A stretch of DNA of 64,000 nucleotides from Nitrospirota bacterium (lineage in GTDB: Bacteria > Nitrospirota > UBA9217), in contig CAVTRN010000002.1 in NCBI GenBank assembly GCA_963737155.1, positions 2,976,001-3,040,000 on the forward strand, written 5' to 3'. Under the pieces are notes generated by a model. That model made no database searches. It saw nothing but the letters and a program-made list of their open reading frames with translations, and was not told the DNA's origin. The position numbers and the translations under genes were made by a program. Positions 35,230-45,036 of the stretch are shown in pieces (positions within the stretch are counted from its first letter, which is position 1; each line of letters begins with the position of its first letter).

Positions 35230-37194
35230 TTACTTCACCCGGCTACCGGTCCTGGTCTGCTTATCGAATGTAGCGACTGCAAGGAGATCGCCGCTGCTCG
35301 CAGCAAGGAGCATGCCTTGGGATTCAATCCCCATAAGTTTGGCGGGCTTCAGGTTCGCGACTATCACGACGGACATGCCAGTAAGTTCCTCTGGCGTATA
35401 GTTTTTCCCGATACCAGCCACGATCTGGCGCGTTATGGTGCCAATGTCCACATTGAGTTTCACAAGCTTTTCAGACTTTTCAACGCGCTCGGCAGAGACG
35501 ATTCTGCCCACGCGCAGATCCACCTTCATGAAGTCCTCAATGCCGATAAGCTCCGGCCCGGCAGATGCGGTCTGCGACGCCGGCTGTTTTGATTCTTCCG
35601 CGGTCTTTTCCATCTTTTTCTCCGTGTTCTTTTTTTGGTCAATGCGGGGGAAAAGCTGCGCCCCTGGTTGTATTGTGCTGCCGTGAGGCAGCCCCCCCCA
35701 TGTGAGTTCCTCCTGCATGCGGCATGAGTTCAACGGCCTGTCGACGCCGAGGGCACTCCAGATTTTCTGGCAAGTCGACGGCATCACCGGATAAAGGTAG
35801 AGCCCGATCAGCCGGAGCGATTCTGAGAGGTTATAGAGCACGTTTCCAAGCCGTTTCAGGTCTTTGTTCTTCGCAAGCGTCCAGGGCGCGCTATCCTCCA
35901 CGTAGCGGTTGGCGCACGCTACCAGCACCCAGACGTCTTGGAGGTACTTCGTAAAGGAAAATGACGAGAAATCTTCCTCCACTCTTGGGGAAATCGAAGC
36001 AGCGATCTCGCGCAATGCCCGGTCGTTTGGCTGGTCGATCCCCGCTGGCGGGATCTTCCCATCGAAATATTTACTGACCATGGTGACAACGCGGGAGAGA
36101 AGGTTCCCGAGGTCATTCGCAAGCTCGGCATTGAACCGTGTGGTGATGTTCTGGACCGAAAAATCGCCGTCAAGCCCGAAAGGAACCTCACGCAGTACGA
36201 AATACCGAAACGCGTCGGCGCCGTAGGCATCGGTAATCGCGTTCGGGTCAATCACATTGCCGAGCGATTTTGACATCTTTTTGCCATCCTGCGTCCACCA
36301 ACCGTGGGCGAAGATATTTCCCGGAAGCGGCAGACCGAGCGCTAGAAGCATGGTGGACCAGTAGACGCTGTGTGTGATCAGGATGTCCTTACCCACAAGA
36401 TGATGGTTTGCCGGCCACCAAAATTGTTCGCGCCTCGAGGAATCCATTGAACCTTCCGCTGCCGGGCTCAGGTACCGCGTAGCCGACAAATAATTCACGA
36501 GCGCATCGAACCATACATAGGTGACGAAGTCCCGGTCAAAAGGAAGTTCGATGCCCCAGGAAAGTCGTCCCTTGGGCCTGGAGATGCAGAGATCGCCGAG
36601 AGTCTGCGATCGCAGAAACCCAAGCACTTCATTGCGGCGGCTTTCCGGCCGAATGTAGTTCGGGTTTTGTTCGATGTGCTTTATCAGACGATCCTGATAC
36701 CTGCTCATCAAGAAAAAGTAATTGTCTTCGGTTATTCGCTCAACAGGCCTACCGCAGTCAGGGCACTTGCCCTCCACGATTTCCTTTTCTGTCCAGAACC
36801 GCTCGTCGGGCGTGCAGTACCAGCCTTCGTAGGTGCGGCGTTCAATTTCACCTTTGTTGTAAAGCTTCTTCAGCAGTTCCTGAACGACGGCAATATGCTC
36901 GGGGTCTGTGGTGCGGATAAAGGCATCATTTGAGATTTCAAGCTTTTTCCATAGGTTCTGGAAGTTCACGGTCATGAGATCCGCATGCGCTTTCGGTGTA
37001 AGCCCCCGTTCCAGAGCCGCTTTCTCAACCTTCTGCCCGTGTTCGTCAGTGCCGGTGAGGAAGAATACGGCATCGCCCCTCAGGCGGTGGTACCGCGCCA
37101 GCGTGTCGGCAGCAATGGTCGTATAGGCGTGGCCGATATGCGGCACGTCGTTAACGTAATAGATTGGCGTAGTAATGTAGAATTTATCGGGCAT
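35230..37194 (-). CDS. metG: Methionine--tRNA ligase with C-terminal tRNA-binding domain
   Basis: YITTPIYY, HIGH, KMSKS; C-terminal Trbp111-like domain. Confidence 0.98.
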   Translation of the reverse strand: MPDKFYITTPIYYVNDVPHIGHAYTTIAADTLARYHRLRGDAVFFLTGTDEHGQKVEKAALERGLTPKAHADLMTVNFQNLWKKLEISNDAFIRTTDPEHIAVVQELLKKLYNKGEIERRTYEGWYCTPDERFWTEKEIVEGKCPDCGRPVERITEDNYFFLMSRYQDRLIKHIEQNPNYIRPESRRNEVLGFLRSQTLGDLCISRPKGRLSWGIELPFDRDFVTYVWFDALVNYLSATRYLSPAAEGSMDSSRREQFWWPANHHLVGKDILITHSVYWSTMLLALGLPLPGNIFAHGWWTQDGKKMSKSLGNVIDPNAITDAYGADAFRYFVLREVPFGLDGDFSVQNITTRFNAELANDLGNLLSRVVTMVSKYFDGKIPPAGIDQPNDRALREIAASISPRVEEDFSSFSFTKYLQDVWVLVACANRYVEDSAPWTLAKNKDLKRLGNVLYNLSESLRLIGLYLYPVMPSTCQKIWSALGVDRPLNSCRMQEELTWGGLPHGSTIQPGAQLFPRIDQKKNTEKKMEKTAEESKQPASQTASAGPELIGIEDFMKVDLRVGRIVSAERVEKSEKLVKLNVDIGTITRQIVAGIGKNYTPEELTGMSVVIVANLKPAKLMGIESQGMLLAASSGDLLAVATFDKQTRTGSRVK

Positions 37195-37372
37195 AAAAAT
37201 AGTTTACCACGAAGATCATGAAGAGCACAGTGGCAGAGCATCGCAGATTACAATAATGGAATTATTGCCGCGCAATATATAGTGCACCATTTACAGGCTC
37301 TTCATTGCCGGACGGTTTTGATAGGCTTGCAAAAAGCCATCAAGCCCTTCGCCCATCATTTTCGCGCACAAA

Positions 37373-38548
37373 TCACGGTACTACCGGTCCCTGAGGCTTG
37401 CCTTCGCCACCCGCCTGCCCCTTCTTTTTTTTGCGCCAAAACCGGCGTTTTTTCCGTTTGCCAGTTTTATCGCCTTCCTGCTGCGGCTGATGGGCCGCCT
37501 GCTCGTCGGGCTGTTTCTTTTCCTGTTTCACCTGCCGTTGCGATTCTAATGGTTGCTGAGTTTTCTTTGCCTGTTGAGGCTCTTTCTTCTTTTCGGGTCT
37601 GCCACTTCGCTGGTCATCCCTCTTTTTTTCGCGCCGTGGTTCCTGCTGTTTGCGGTCATCCTGGCGCTTCTTGTCCTCAGCCTGCCTGCGCTCTTCCGCA
37701 TCTTTCCGTTCCTCGGCAACATGCCGTTCGTCTTTCTCTGTCTTTTCCTTCACCGCCGCGTCTCGCATGCCAGCCATGTCTTTCTTGATTTCGTCATACA
37801 TTTCATACTCGTAGGAGAGGCAGCAAAGCAGTCTGCCGCAAACGCCAGAAATTTTCGCTGGGTTCAACACCATCTCCTGTTTTTTGGCCATGCGGATGGA
37901 AACGGGCTCGAAATTTTTGAGGAACGCCGCGCAACAGAGCTCCCTGCCGCAGGGCCCGAATCCGCCAATCATCCGCGCCACGTCCCGCACTCCGATCTGG
38001 CGCATCTCAATCCTACTCTTGAGTTTGTAGGCCAGGTCCTTCACAAGCTCCCGGAAGTCAACCCGAGTTTCTGAAAAAAAGAAAAATGTTGCACGCGACG
38101 CGTCGAAGGAATATTCCACGCGGATCAGCTTCATTGGCAATTCCCGTTCAGTAATGATGTCCTGGGCGATTTTATAGGCCTCGGCCTCACGCTCCACGTT
38201 CTTCGCCTCTCTGGCGAGATCGTCCTCGGTGGACCGACGCAGTATTTTCCTCAGCACCTGCGGCTTTAGCTTACTTTCAACGGTGGATTCAGCCTGCACT
38301 GCACCGATTTCAACCTCTTCTTCGACCTGCAGGCCATGCTCAATATGAACTGCCGGGTGCGATTCTGTCGGCACGGATTGCTCCGGCTGTTTTTTCAGGC
38401 GCACCACCCTGGCAAATCCCTGGCCGAGTTCGGAATCGACAATCACCTTATCGCCGATCGCTACCTCAATATCAGTTGCATCGAAATCGTAGACTTTCCA
38501 GTTCTCCCGGAAGCGAACTCCCGCTATTTTTATCATTTTATCGGTCAT
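37373..38548 (-). CDS. PSP1-domain protein (YaaT/RicT family) with a charged low-complexity tail
   Basis: RVDFRELVKDLA, RIEMRQIGVRD, GPCGRELCC and GVCGRLLCCL motifs. Confidence 0.92.
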   Translation of the reverse strand: MTDKMIKIAGVRFRENWKVYDFDATDIEVAIGDKVIVDSELGQGFARVVRLKKQPEQSVPTESHPAVHIEHGLQVEEEVEIGAVQAESTVESKLKPQVLRKILRRSTEDDLAREAKNVEREAEAYKIAQDIITERELPMKLIRVEYSFDASRATFFFFSETRVDFRELVKDLAYKLKSRIEMRQIGVRDVARMIGGFGPCGRELCCAAFLKNFEPVSIRMAKKQEMVLNPAKISGVCGRLLCCLSYEYEMYDEIKKDMAGMRDAAVKEKTEKDERHVAEERKDAEERRQAEDKKRQDDRKQQEPRREKKRDDQRSGRPEKKKEPQQAKKTQQPLESQRQVKQEKKQPDEQAAHQPQQEGDKTGKRKKRRFWRKKKKGQAGGEGKPQGPVVP

Positions 38549-38648
38549 GTATTATGTATAAACTGTTTTCTCCAGAATTTTTTTCTCTTTGTGGCTTGCT
38601 GGATTATAGCTCAATACTGCACTTCTGGTCCACCACTCCACAACCGGT

Positions 38649-39629
38649 TCAGAACCGTCCTAATTTAAAAAAAAGATTCTCAGCCACAAGCTGTGCGCTG
38701 ACGCGGCGATCGATCAGATGTCTGCTCGCGATGATCAGGTCCAGATCGGCGAGCATCGCCGGAAGAGGGAACCGACCCGCTCCCCGTCGATATTGTTCTC
38801 CGGACCCGGTCTGTACAAGCAGCCGCTCTTCCTCTGTTTCCCGATAGATAAGCGCATCGCGAATGCTTTCAACCCCGATTTCGAGCAGCCGGTCGAACTG
38901 TTCCCGGTCTTTCGCGTAACGTTCAGCGAGGTTGAGCACCTCAGAGGCACTCATCTGGCCGATATCGTTCCACAACGACAGGAACTGCTCCCGCTCGGCT
39001 TTTTCCTGCCCCGCATCCATTTCCAGGCTGCGGCCGATACTCCCACGGGCAAGTGCCGCAAGAAACCAAGCATCCTCCTTAGAAAGACCGCGTTCCCTCA
39101 CGAGAAACTGGGCCAGCGTCCTGCGCGGGAGGGGCTGGAAACGTATTTCCTGACACCGCGAGCGAATGGTTGGCAGTAAGCTTTGCGGAATTGACGTGAT
39201 CAGAATGATGAGCGCATCGCCCGGCGGCTCTTCGAGTGTTTTCAGGAAAGCGTTCGACGACGGCCGGTTCATACTCTCTGCGAAATCGACGATCAGCGTC
39301 TTTTTTGTTCCCTCAAAGGGCCTGAGCGACAAGCTCTCTTGTATCTGTCTGATCTGGTCGATCTTGATTTCCTCACCATCCGGAACCAGCAAGTGAATAT
39401 CAGGGTGTCCCCCCGATGCAGTCTTGCGGCATGACGGACAAACACCGCATCCGCCCTGAGGCCCTCGGTTCTGACAATTAACGGCGGCGGCAAGCGCGAG
39501 TGCCGTCAGCTTCTTGCCGATCCCCACATCACCGGAAAAAAGATATGCATGGGCGAGAGTGTTGTTTGCCAAAGCCCGCTTCAAAATGGCAACAGGCTGT
39601 TCATGCCCTTCTATCCCTGCAAACGACAT
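38649..39629 (-). CDS. holB: DNA polymerase III subunit delta'
   Basis: HAYLFSG, CGVCPSC, HPD, NAFLKTLEEPP and TIRSRC motifs. Confidence 0.95.
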   Translation of the reverse strand: MSFAGIEGHEQPVAILKRALANNTLAHAYLFSGDVGIGKKLTALALAAAVNCQNRGPQGGCGVCPSCRKTASGGHPDIHLLVPDGEEIKIDQIRQIQESLSLRPFEGTKKTLIVDFAESMNRPSSNAFLKTLEEPPGDALIILITSIPQSLLPTIRSRCQEIRFQPLPRRTLAQFLVRERGLSKEDAWFLAALARGSIGRSLEMDAGQEKAEREQFLSLWNDIGQMSASEVLNLAERYAKDREQFDRLLEIGVESIRDALIYRETEEERLLVQTGSGEQYRRGAGRFPLPAMLADLDLIIASRHLIDRRVSAQLVAENLFFKLGRF

Positions 39630-39801
39630 GTTTTATGCACCATTCCTAGAACTATAGTCTTTTATTTCTAATAACTATGACGGCAGCCGAATAGCACTGC
39701 TATTATAGGTTAATGTCGGGAGTTTCCGTCCTGTTTAATCCAAACCCCGTTTCTTGATAATCGGGATTCTTTTCAGCACCTTCAATAAGACTTCAAAACT
39801 T

Positions 39802-40443
39802 CTACGATCTCAACAATTCATCGACCAGATTGCGAAGCTCGTTCTGAATTACTTCGGGATCGGGCGACGCATCGACAATTCGGAAACGGTCCGGCTCTTG
39901 ACTTGCCAGAACAAGATAACCCTGCCGTACCCGCTCATGAAACGAAAGGTGCTCATTCTCGAAACGTGCCTCCGCCTCCAGTCCCCCACGGCTGTTTCTT
40001 CCACGCGCCCTAGCCAGCCCCGTTGCCGCATCGATATCAAGGAGAATGGTCAGGTCAGGCCGAATATCGTCCGTCACGATCCTGTCCAGAGACTTGATTA
40101 GTCCAAAATCGAGCCCGCGCCCGTACCCCTGGTATGCAAGCGTTGCGTCCGAGAAGCGGTCACAGAGCACGATCCATCCGGCTGAGCGTCCAGGAACGAT
40201 AACCGCCGCCAAGTGCTGCGCCCTGCCGGCGGCGTAGAGAAGCAATTCCGCCTTGGGATCAAGCGAGGTATTCGCCGGATCGAGCAGAATTTTTCTTATC
40301 TGGTCGCCGATCGATGTTCCCCCGGGCTCACGGGTGAGCGTTACGGACTTGCCGAGCGTGGAGAGGTAGTTCGCGAGCAAAGCGATCTGGGTGGACTTGC
40401 CTGAGCCTTCGATTCCCTCGAAGGTTATGAAGGGACCCACCAT
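39802..40443 (-). CDS. tmk: Thymidylate kinase
   Basis: FEGIEGSGKSTQ, TREPGG and CDRF..AYQGYGR motifs. Confidence 0.97.
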   Translation of the reverse strand: MVGPFITFEGIEGSGKSTQIALLANYLSTLGKSVTLTREPGGTSIGDQIRKILLDPANTSLDPKAELLLYAAGRAQHLAAVIVPGRSAGWIVLCDRFSDATLAYQGYGRGLDFGLIKSLDRIVTDDIRPDLTILLDIDAATGLARARGRNSRGGLEAEARFENEHLSFHERVRQGYLVLASQEPDRFRIVDASPDPEVIQNELRNLVDELLRS

Positions 40444-42336
40444 CTATTTGAGCTCCACAACAACATCGTTCGCCGCTTTAAGCGAGGCATTCGATGTGAA
40501 GAAGAGCACTTGTGTTTTCGAACCGAGTGCACGCAGTACCTGACATGCGGCATGCTGCCGTGCCGGGTCAAAACCGGCAAGCGAGTCATCCAGAACAAAA
40601 GGCAACCGCAGTTTCCCCTCTAGCGCCTCCACCAGCCCGACTCTGAAGCAGAAGTAAACGAGCGCCTTCGTACCATGACTGAGGTCTTCGAATTTGACAA
40701 CTGAATTATCCGTAGTATAGACGACCGTCGGGCCCTCATGATCGGCGAGCTCAATCCGCACATACCTGCTACTCGTGACGGCTGATAAATATTTCTGCGC
40801 CGCCACCTCGGCGGCAGGGACAAGCGTATCCATTTCGATACCGCTAATCCTGCTGGCAATGGCCAGTTCAGCAGGCCAGCCCGTTGAAACAGGGGGTGCC
40901 GCGTTTAATTTAACTGGCAATGCCGCGTCGCCGCGAACACCGGTCCACGCCGTCCCGGAGGACGAGCACTCGGAATCCAGGCGTTCGATATTCTGCCTTA
41001 TGCTGTAAGTATCCGCTTCATGATGGGAAACAGCCCTCGCTGCTGCTCCTAGCCGAAGAACCTCGTCCTGCTGTTTCTGGCTCTGCTGCCGCAAGGATTC
41101 GGGTGTCAAGTTTCCGAGGATGCGTTTACGCGTCTCTTCCTGGTCTTGCAGCAGTGAACACAAATAGCGGTAGTTCTCTGCTTTTTCCTTAAGCTCTCCT
41201 GTGGTTGCCGCACCAATGGAACGTATGTAGGACGCGACAAGAGCCCCGTCGTGCACAGCCTCTCGTTCTAGCTCAGTTAGTTCACTCTGAACGGTGAACG
41301 CTTCTTTTTTCACGGCCTTAAATTGCGCGTTCTTTCGCGAACCGTTGTACCAGGCCGTTGCCATGAGTATTAGAGAACCAATTATCCCTAGCGGAAACAA
41401 ATAGGCATAAGCATCAGTCAATAAGTACATTCCAACAACTAGCGACAGAATGCCGAGCACCACTCCGAGAAGAAACAATTTGTCAGTTACGAGGTTGGTC
41501 ATCGGCATGCTTGACAGCCGCATGTTCAATCCTTCAAGCTCCCTGCGGAGGTCATCGGCATCTGCCCCTTTCTGTGCCTGGTGGCGTTCGTGATCTTCGA
41601 GCACCTCGCTCAGATTCTCGGGGAGAACCTCGCATACATTGAGTTCGGCTAAAGAAGATTGAATCTCGGCGTTCTTTTTTTCCATCTCGTCAAGTGCGGC
41701 CAGTTTTTTATTGATTTCGTCCTGGGCGAGTTTGGCAGACTGGTACCGGTAGTCTGCATCCGCTGCCTCCTCTGCCAGACGCAGGGTCTCGCGAAGTTCG
41801 ACGAGCCTTGACCGAGCAGCGGAATCTTCTGGCGCGGCCACCTGAGCGGCTGGTAACTGCTGTTTTTTTTCTGCAGCAATCGGTGCTCCGCACAATGAAC
41901 CGTTGTGTAAATGCTCCCGCCGAATCACGAACACCTTCCCGTAGTCCTCCTCCGACAGGTCGGCCGTAAGCCCCCTCATGAATTTTGTCGCATTGTCCCA
42001 GTCCTTGTGAAGAAGGTTAAACTCTTTAGTAGCCGAATTATATTTGGAAAGGTTCACCGCGCTCTTCACGAAATCCTGGATCACGCGGTAGTACAGCCCG
42101 TCATCGGAGCATATCACCAGGGCACTCCGTGAAGCATCATGCGTGTATCTTGATTTGAGAGATTCCCCATGCTCTGGCTGTGCGGATGGGAAAAGAAGGC
42201 GTTGCAGTGTGTCGACAGCTGTGGTTTTCCCTGATTCGTTGCCGGCTATAACCATGTTAAAACCGTTCTCGAATCTCAGGCGCGCAAGTTCACGGATTCC
42301 GCGAATGCCCTGCATCACAAGCTCCACAAGGAACAT
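40444..42336 (-). CDS. Rad50/SbcC-like (YhaN-type) coiled-coil ATPase with two central TM helices
   Basis: Walker A GNESGKTT, signature LSHGT, Walker B PFVLDD; coiled coils; central hydrophobic hairpin. Confidence 0.8.
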   Translation of the reverse strand: MFLVELVMQGIRGIRELARLRFENGFNMVIAGNESGKTTAVDTLQRLLFPSAQPEHGESLKSRYTHDASRSALVICSDDGLYYRVIQDFVKSAVNLSKYNSATKEFNLLHKDWDNATKFMRGLTADLSEEDYGKVFVIRREHLHNGSLCGAPIAAEKKQQLPAAQVAAPEDSAARSRLVELRETLRLAEEAADADYRYQSAKLAQDEINKKLAALDEMEKKNAEIQSSLAELNVCEVLPENLSEVLEDHERHQAQKGADADDLRRELEGLNMRLSSMPMTNLVTDKLFLLGVVLGILSLVVGMYLLTDAYAYLFPLGIIGSLILMATAWYNGSRKNAQFKAVKKEAFTVQSELTELEREAVHDGALVASYIRSIGAATTGELKEKAENYRYLCSLLQDQEETRKRILGNLTPESLRQQSQKQQDEVLRLGAAARAVSHHEADTYSIRQNIERLDSECSSSGTAWTGVRGDAALPVKLNAAPPVSTGWPAELAIASRISGIEMDTLVPAAEVAAQKYLSAVTSSRYVRIELADHEGPTVVYTTDNSVVKFEDLSHGTKALVYFCFRVGLVEALEGKLRLPFVLDDSLAGFDPARQHAACQVLRALGSKTQVLFFTSNASLKAANDVVVELK

Positions 42337-42413
42337 AGACGTGCTCCTCTCTCATAATTCAGCTTCTTACTATATCGTATGCAGGCTAAAGATGCAACAG
42401 GGAAAAGCGGCGA

Positions 42414-43943
42414 CTACAGCATCGCGAGTGCATTCTTAAGCGCCTCCGCCTTCTGGAGCGTCTCCCGGTATTCCGCCGCGGGGTCGGAGTCGGCAACGAT
42501 CCCGGCACCGACCTGCAGGTACGCAGTTCCGTCCTTTATGACAAAGGTCCTGATGATGATATTCATATCCATATCGCCATCATTCGAAAAATAACCGATG
42601 GAGCCGGTATAAAGTCCGCGCGATACCGGTTCAAGTTCGTCGATGATCTCCATACACCGCACCTTAGGCACTCCAGTTATCGTACCGCCAGGGAATACAG
42701 AACGTACAAGGTCGAAAGCATCCTTCCCCGGCGCAAGGTCACCACGAACATTGGAAACAATATGAATCACATGGGAATAGTCCTCGACGGCCATGATTTC
42801 ATCGACCACAATCGACCCGTAAGAGCACACTTTTCCAAGATCATTCCGCTCTAGATCCAGAAGCATTATATGCTCCGCGCGCTCCTTCTCACTTGTCAGA
42901 AGCTCCGCGGAGAGCTCCCGCATTTCCGACTGATCGCTCCCTCTGCGGCGGGTGCCCGCGATCGGCCGCGTATCGGCAACCCCTTCGCGCAACCGAATAA
43001 GCCGCTCCGGCGAGGAACTCGCAAGTTGGAGATCACCAAAATCAAGAAAAGCGGCGAATGGTGACGGGTTGACGGCGCGCAGTATTTTGTACAAGCTGAA
43101 TGAGTCGGCCCCGTCGATAAACGCAGAGAACCGCTGGGACAAATTGGCCTGATAAATATCTCCTGCCGATATGTACTCTTTGCACCGGATGACCATGGCC
43201 TCAAACTCGGTCTGGCTCAAACCGGCTGAAAGCTCGAACTCTTTCACAGGCTCTCTTGCATTCGGTAGCGGGGCGCTATCACGATGTGAAGCCGATTCCA
43301 GCCTGACTACGGTTGTCCGCAATCTTTCCCCAGCCTCATTAAAAAGCCGGTCCCACTGGTTTGGCTCAGGCCGTCTGAATCCCAGTTCCTGCTCACGCGC
43401 CCCGGGGTTCACGATCACCCAGGCCTTGTCCAGAATATGGTCAAAAGCAACCACGAGATCGACAAAAATGAAGCAGGCTTCGGGAAAATCAACATCGACT
43501 GCTGCCCGGCGAGGCAGCTTTTCAAACTGGCGGGAGAAATCGTAAGAAAAGTATCCAACAGCGCCACCGGTAAAAGGGGGCAATCCGGCAATTCGGCTGG
43601 TCCTATAATTATTAAGCAACTCACGGAGTTTTTCCAGCGGCTTACGCTTCGTCATTGCCCGCCTGCCAAATTTCCTCTCGAGAGTTTTCGGTAGAATAAG
43701 TTCCACCGTTTCGCCGCGGGATTTAAAAATTAGATAAGGATCGGCAGTTACGAACGAATATCTTCCGATCTTCTCGTTAACGCGTGCGCTTTCGAGCAGC
43801 ACGGGACAACCGTCCTGACGCAGAGCTTCGAAGGCAGTTAACGGTGAAAGTCCAGGTATGCAGATTTCCGATGTGAGGGGCATGATAACGTCATGCCGGA
43901 GCTGCTCGAAAAATTCTTTTTTTGTGGGGTTTAGAATATACAT
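42414..43943 (-). CDS. Chorismate-binding enzyme: anthranilate synthase component I or PabB family
   Basis: LLESA, GGAVGYFSYD, YQANLSQR, SSPERL, PIAGT, EHIMLLDLERND, GAGIVADS. Confidence 0.9.
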   Translation of the reverse strand: MYILNPTKKEFFEQLRHDVIMPLTSEICIPGLSPLTAFEALRQDGCPVLLESARVNEKIGRYSFVTADPYLIFKSRGETVELILPKTLERKFGRRAMTKRKPLEKLRELLNNYRTSRIAGLPPFTGGAVGYFSYDFSRQFEKLPRRAAVDVDFPEACFIFVDLVVAFDHILDKAWVIVNPGAREQELGFRRPEPNQWDRLFNEAGERLRTTVVRLESASHRDSAPLPNAREPVKEFELSAGLSQTEFEAMVIRCKEYISAGDIYQANLSQRFSAFIDGADSFSLYKILRAVNPSPFAAFLDFGDLQLASSSPERLIRLREGVADTRPIAGTRRRGSDQSEMRELSAELLTSEKERAEHIMLLDLERNDLGKVCSYGSIVVDEIMAVEDYSHVIHIVSNVRGDLAPGKDAFDLVRSVFPGGTITGVPKVRCMEIIDELEPVSRGLYTGSIGYFSNDGDMDMNIIIRTFVIKDGTAYLQVGAGIVADSDPAAEYRETLQKAEALKNALAML

Positions 43944-44007
43944 ACATAACCTACGAAATTGTAAAGATAATTCGTCAGTTGGTCAAGACAATTTTAGTAA
44001 AATAATT

Positions 44008-44080
44008 CTGCAACCGAGCGATAAATATGGTATAGTATCATTAGATTAACGCATTAAGAAGTGCATTAACGTTCTTTGAA
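44008..44080 (+). promoter_or_regulatory. Promoter (extended -10) and boxA-like element upstream of the candidate ncRNA
   Basis: CTGCAA, 17 nt, TATAGT (44031-44036) preceded by TGn; GTTCTTTGAA at 44071-44080. Confidence 0.55.
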
Positions 44081-44097
44081 GATACGGCAGTTTGCAT

Positions 44098-44418
44098 GGC
44101 GTTGCCGAACCAGCACCGTTAGGTGTACAGATGATAACCCGTTATAAAGGGGATCAAGCACCGGAAATGATGGAGTGCCGAAGCCGGGAAGAGGACAGCA
44201 AGTTGAGCGGTCAGTCTCCCGATTGATACACAGGCATCCACAGGACGGAAGAGCCGAAACCCCTAAGTTGCGTGCGTACACGGGAAGAGGCGAGGAGGCC
44301 TTTCACACACGACGCTTCACAGGGTCTGCAAAGCGGAGCCGCAGAAGCAGGATGTACTTCCCGAAGTAGACACAGCTCAGCGGAATATCAAGACCGGTTC
44401 GGGGGCAACGCCTTTTTT
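44098..44418 (+). ncRNA. Candidate structured GGA-rich ncRNA (CsrB/Rsm-like)
   Basis: 5' GGCGTTGCCGAACC pairs with 3' GGTTC-ggg-GGCAACGCC, followed by T6; 12 GGA motifs, several in hairpin loops; no credible ORF. Confidence 0.65.
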
Positions 44419-44643
44419 ATTGCCTTTTACGTTTCAACCAACCAGAAAGGTTCTTCTCTTGCTGAAATTTATCAATACATCCCTTCCTCACTGTAATTGC
44501 AGCACTCTCCATAATTTCTTAAGACCCTTAGTAAAATAATGCATATCCCATCGATCTACCCCTCGACAAAAAGCAAATTTTATTTTAAACTGATCCCGTT
44601 TCCCGAATTCGCGATCTGATTACGTTTCAAAAGGGAGCTGGCC

Positions 44644-45036
44644 ATGAACCATGCCATTGACGTACATATCTATTATGAGGATACCGATTGCGGCGGTGTG
44701 GTGTACTATGCCAACTATCTGCGCTACATGGAACGGGCACGAACCGAATATCTAGCGTCGCGAGGGTTCTCGGTAAAAAAACTCATGGACGAGGGAACAA
44801 TCTTCATGGTGCTCCGGGTCGAGATCGACTATAAATCCCCTGCGCGGTATAGCGACACCATCGAAATCGAGACAGGGGTAAGAGACGTGACCCGAGTGAC
44901 CATGATGTTTGAGCATACCATGCGAGAAAAGATCTCGGGCCGGGTCTTTGTGGAATGCCGCGCAAAAGTTGTATATGTCGACAAGCACGGCAAGCCGAAA
45001 CGCCTAGCCGAAGATTTCGTGGAAAAAATGAAATGA
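44644..45036 (+). CDS. ybgC: YbgC/FadM family acyl-CoA thioesterase
   Basis: IYYEDTDCGGVVYYANYLRYMERAR motif. Confidence 0.9.
   Translation: MNHAIDVHIYYEDTDCGGVVYYANYLRYMERARTEYLASRGFSVKKLMDEGTIFMVLRVEIDYKSPARYSDTIEIETGVRDVTRVTMMFEHTMREKISGRVFVECRAKVVYVDKHGKPKRLAEDFVEKMK

Noticed and set aside
37271-37284. NrdR-box-like CGCAATATATAGTG upstream of metG
   Set aside because: Single copy with no partner about 31-32 bp away, and metG is not an expected target.
44098-44418. RNase P RNA, tmRNA, SRP or 6S identity for the ncRNA candidate; short ORFs 44175..44369 and 44272..44496
   Set aside because: Lacks GAGGAAAGUCC, the tRNA-like CCA end and the SRP core, and is too long for 6S. The ORFs have no protein-like features.
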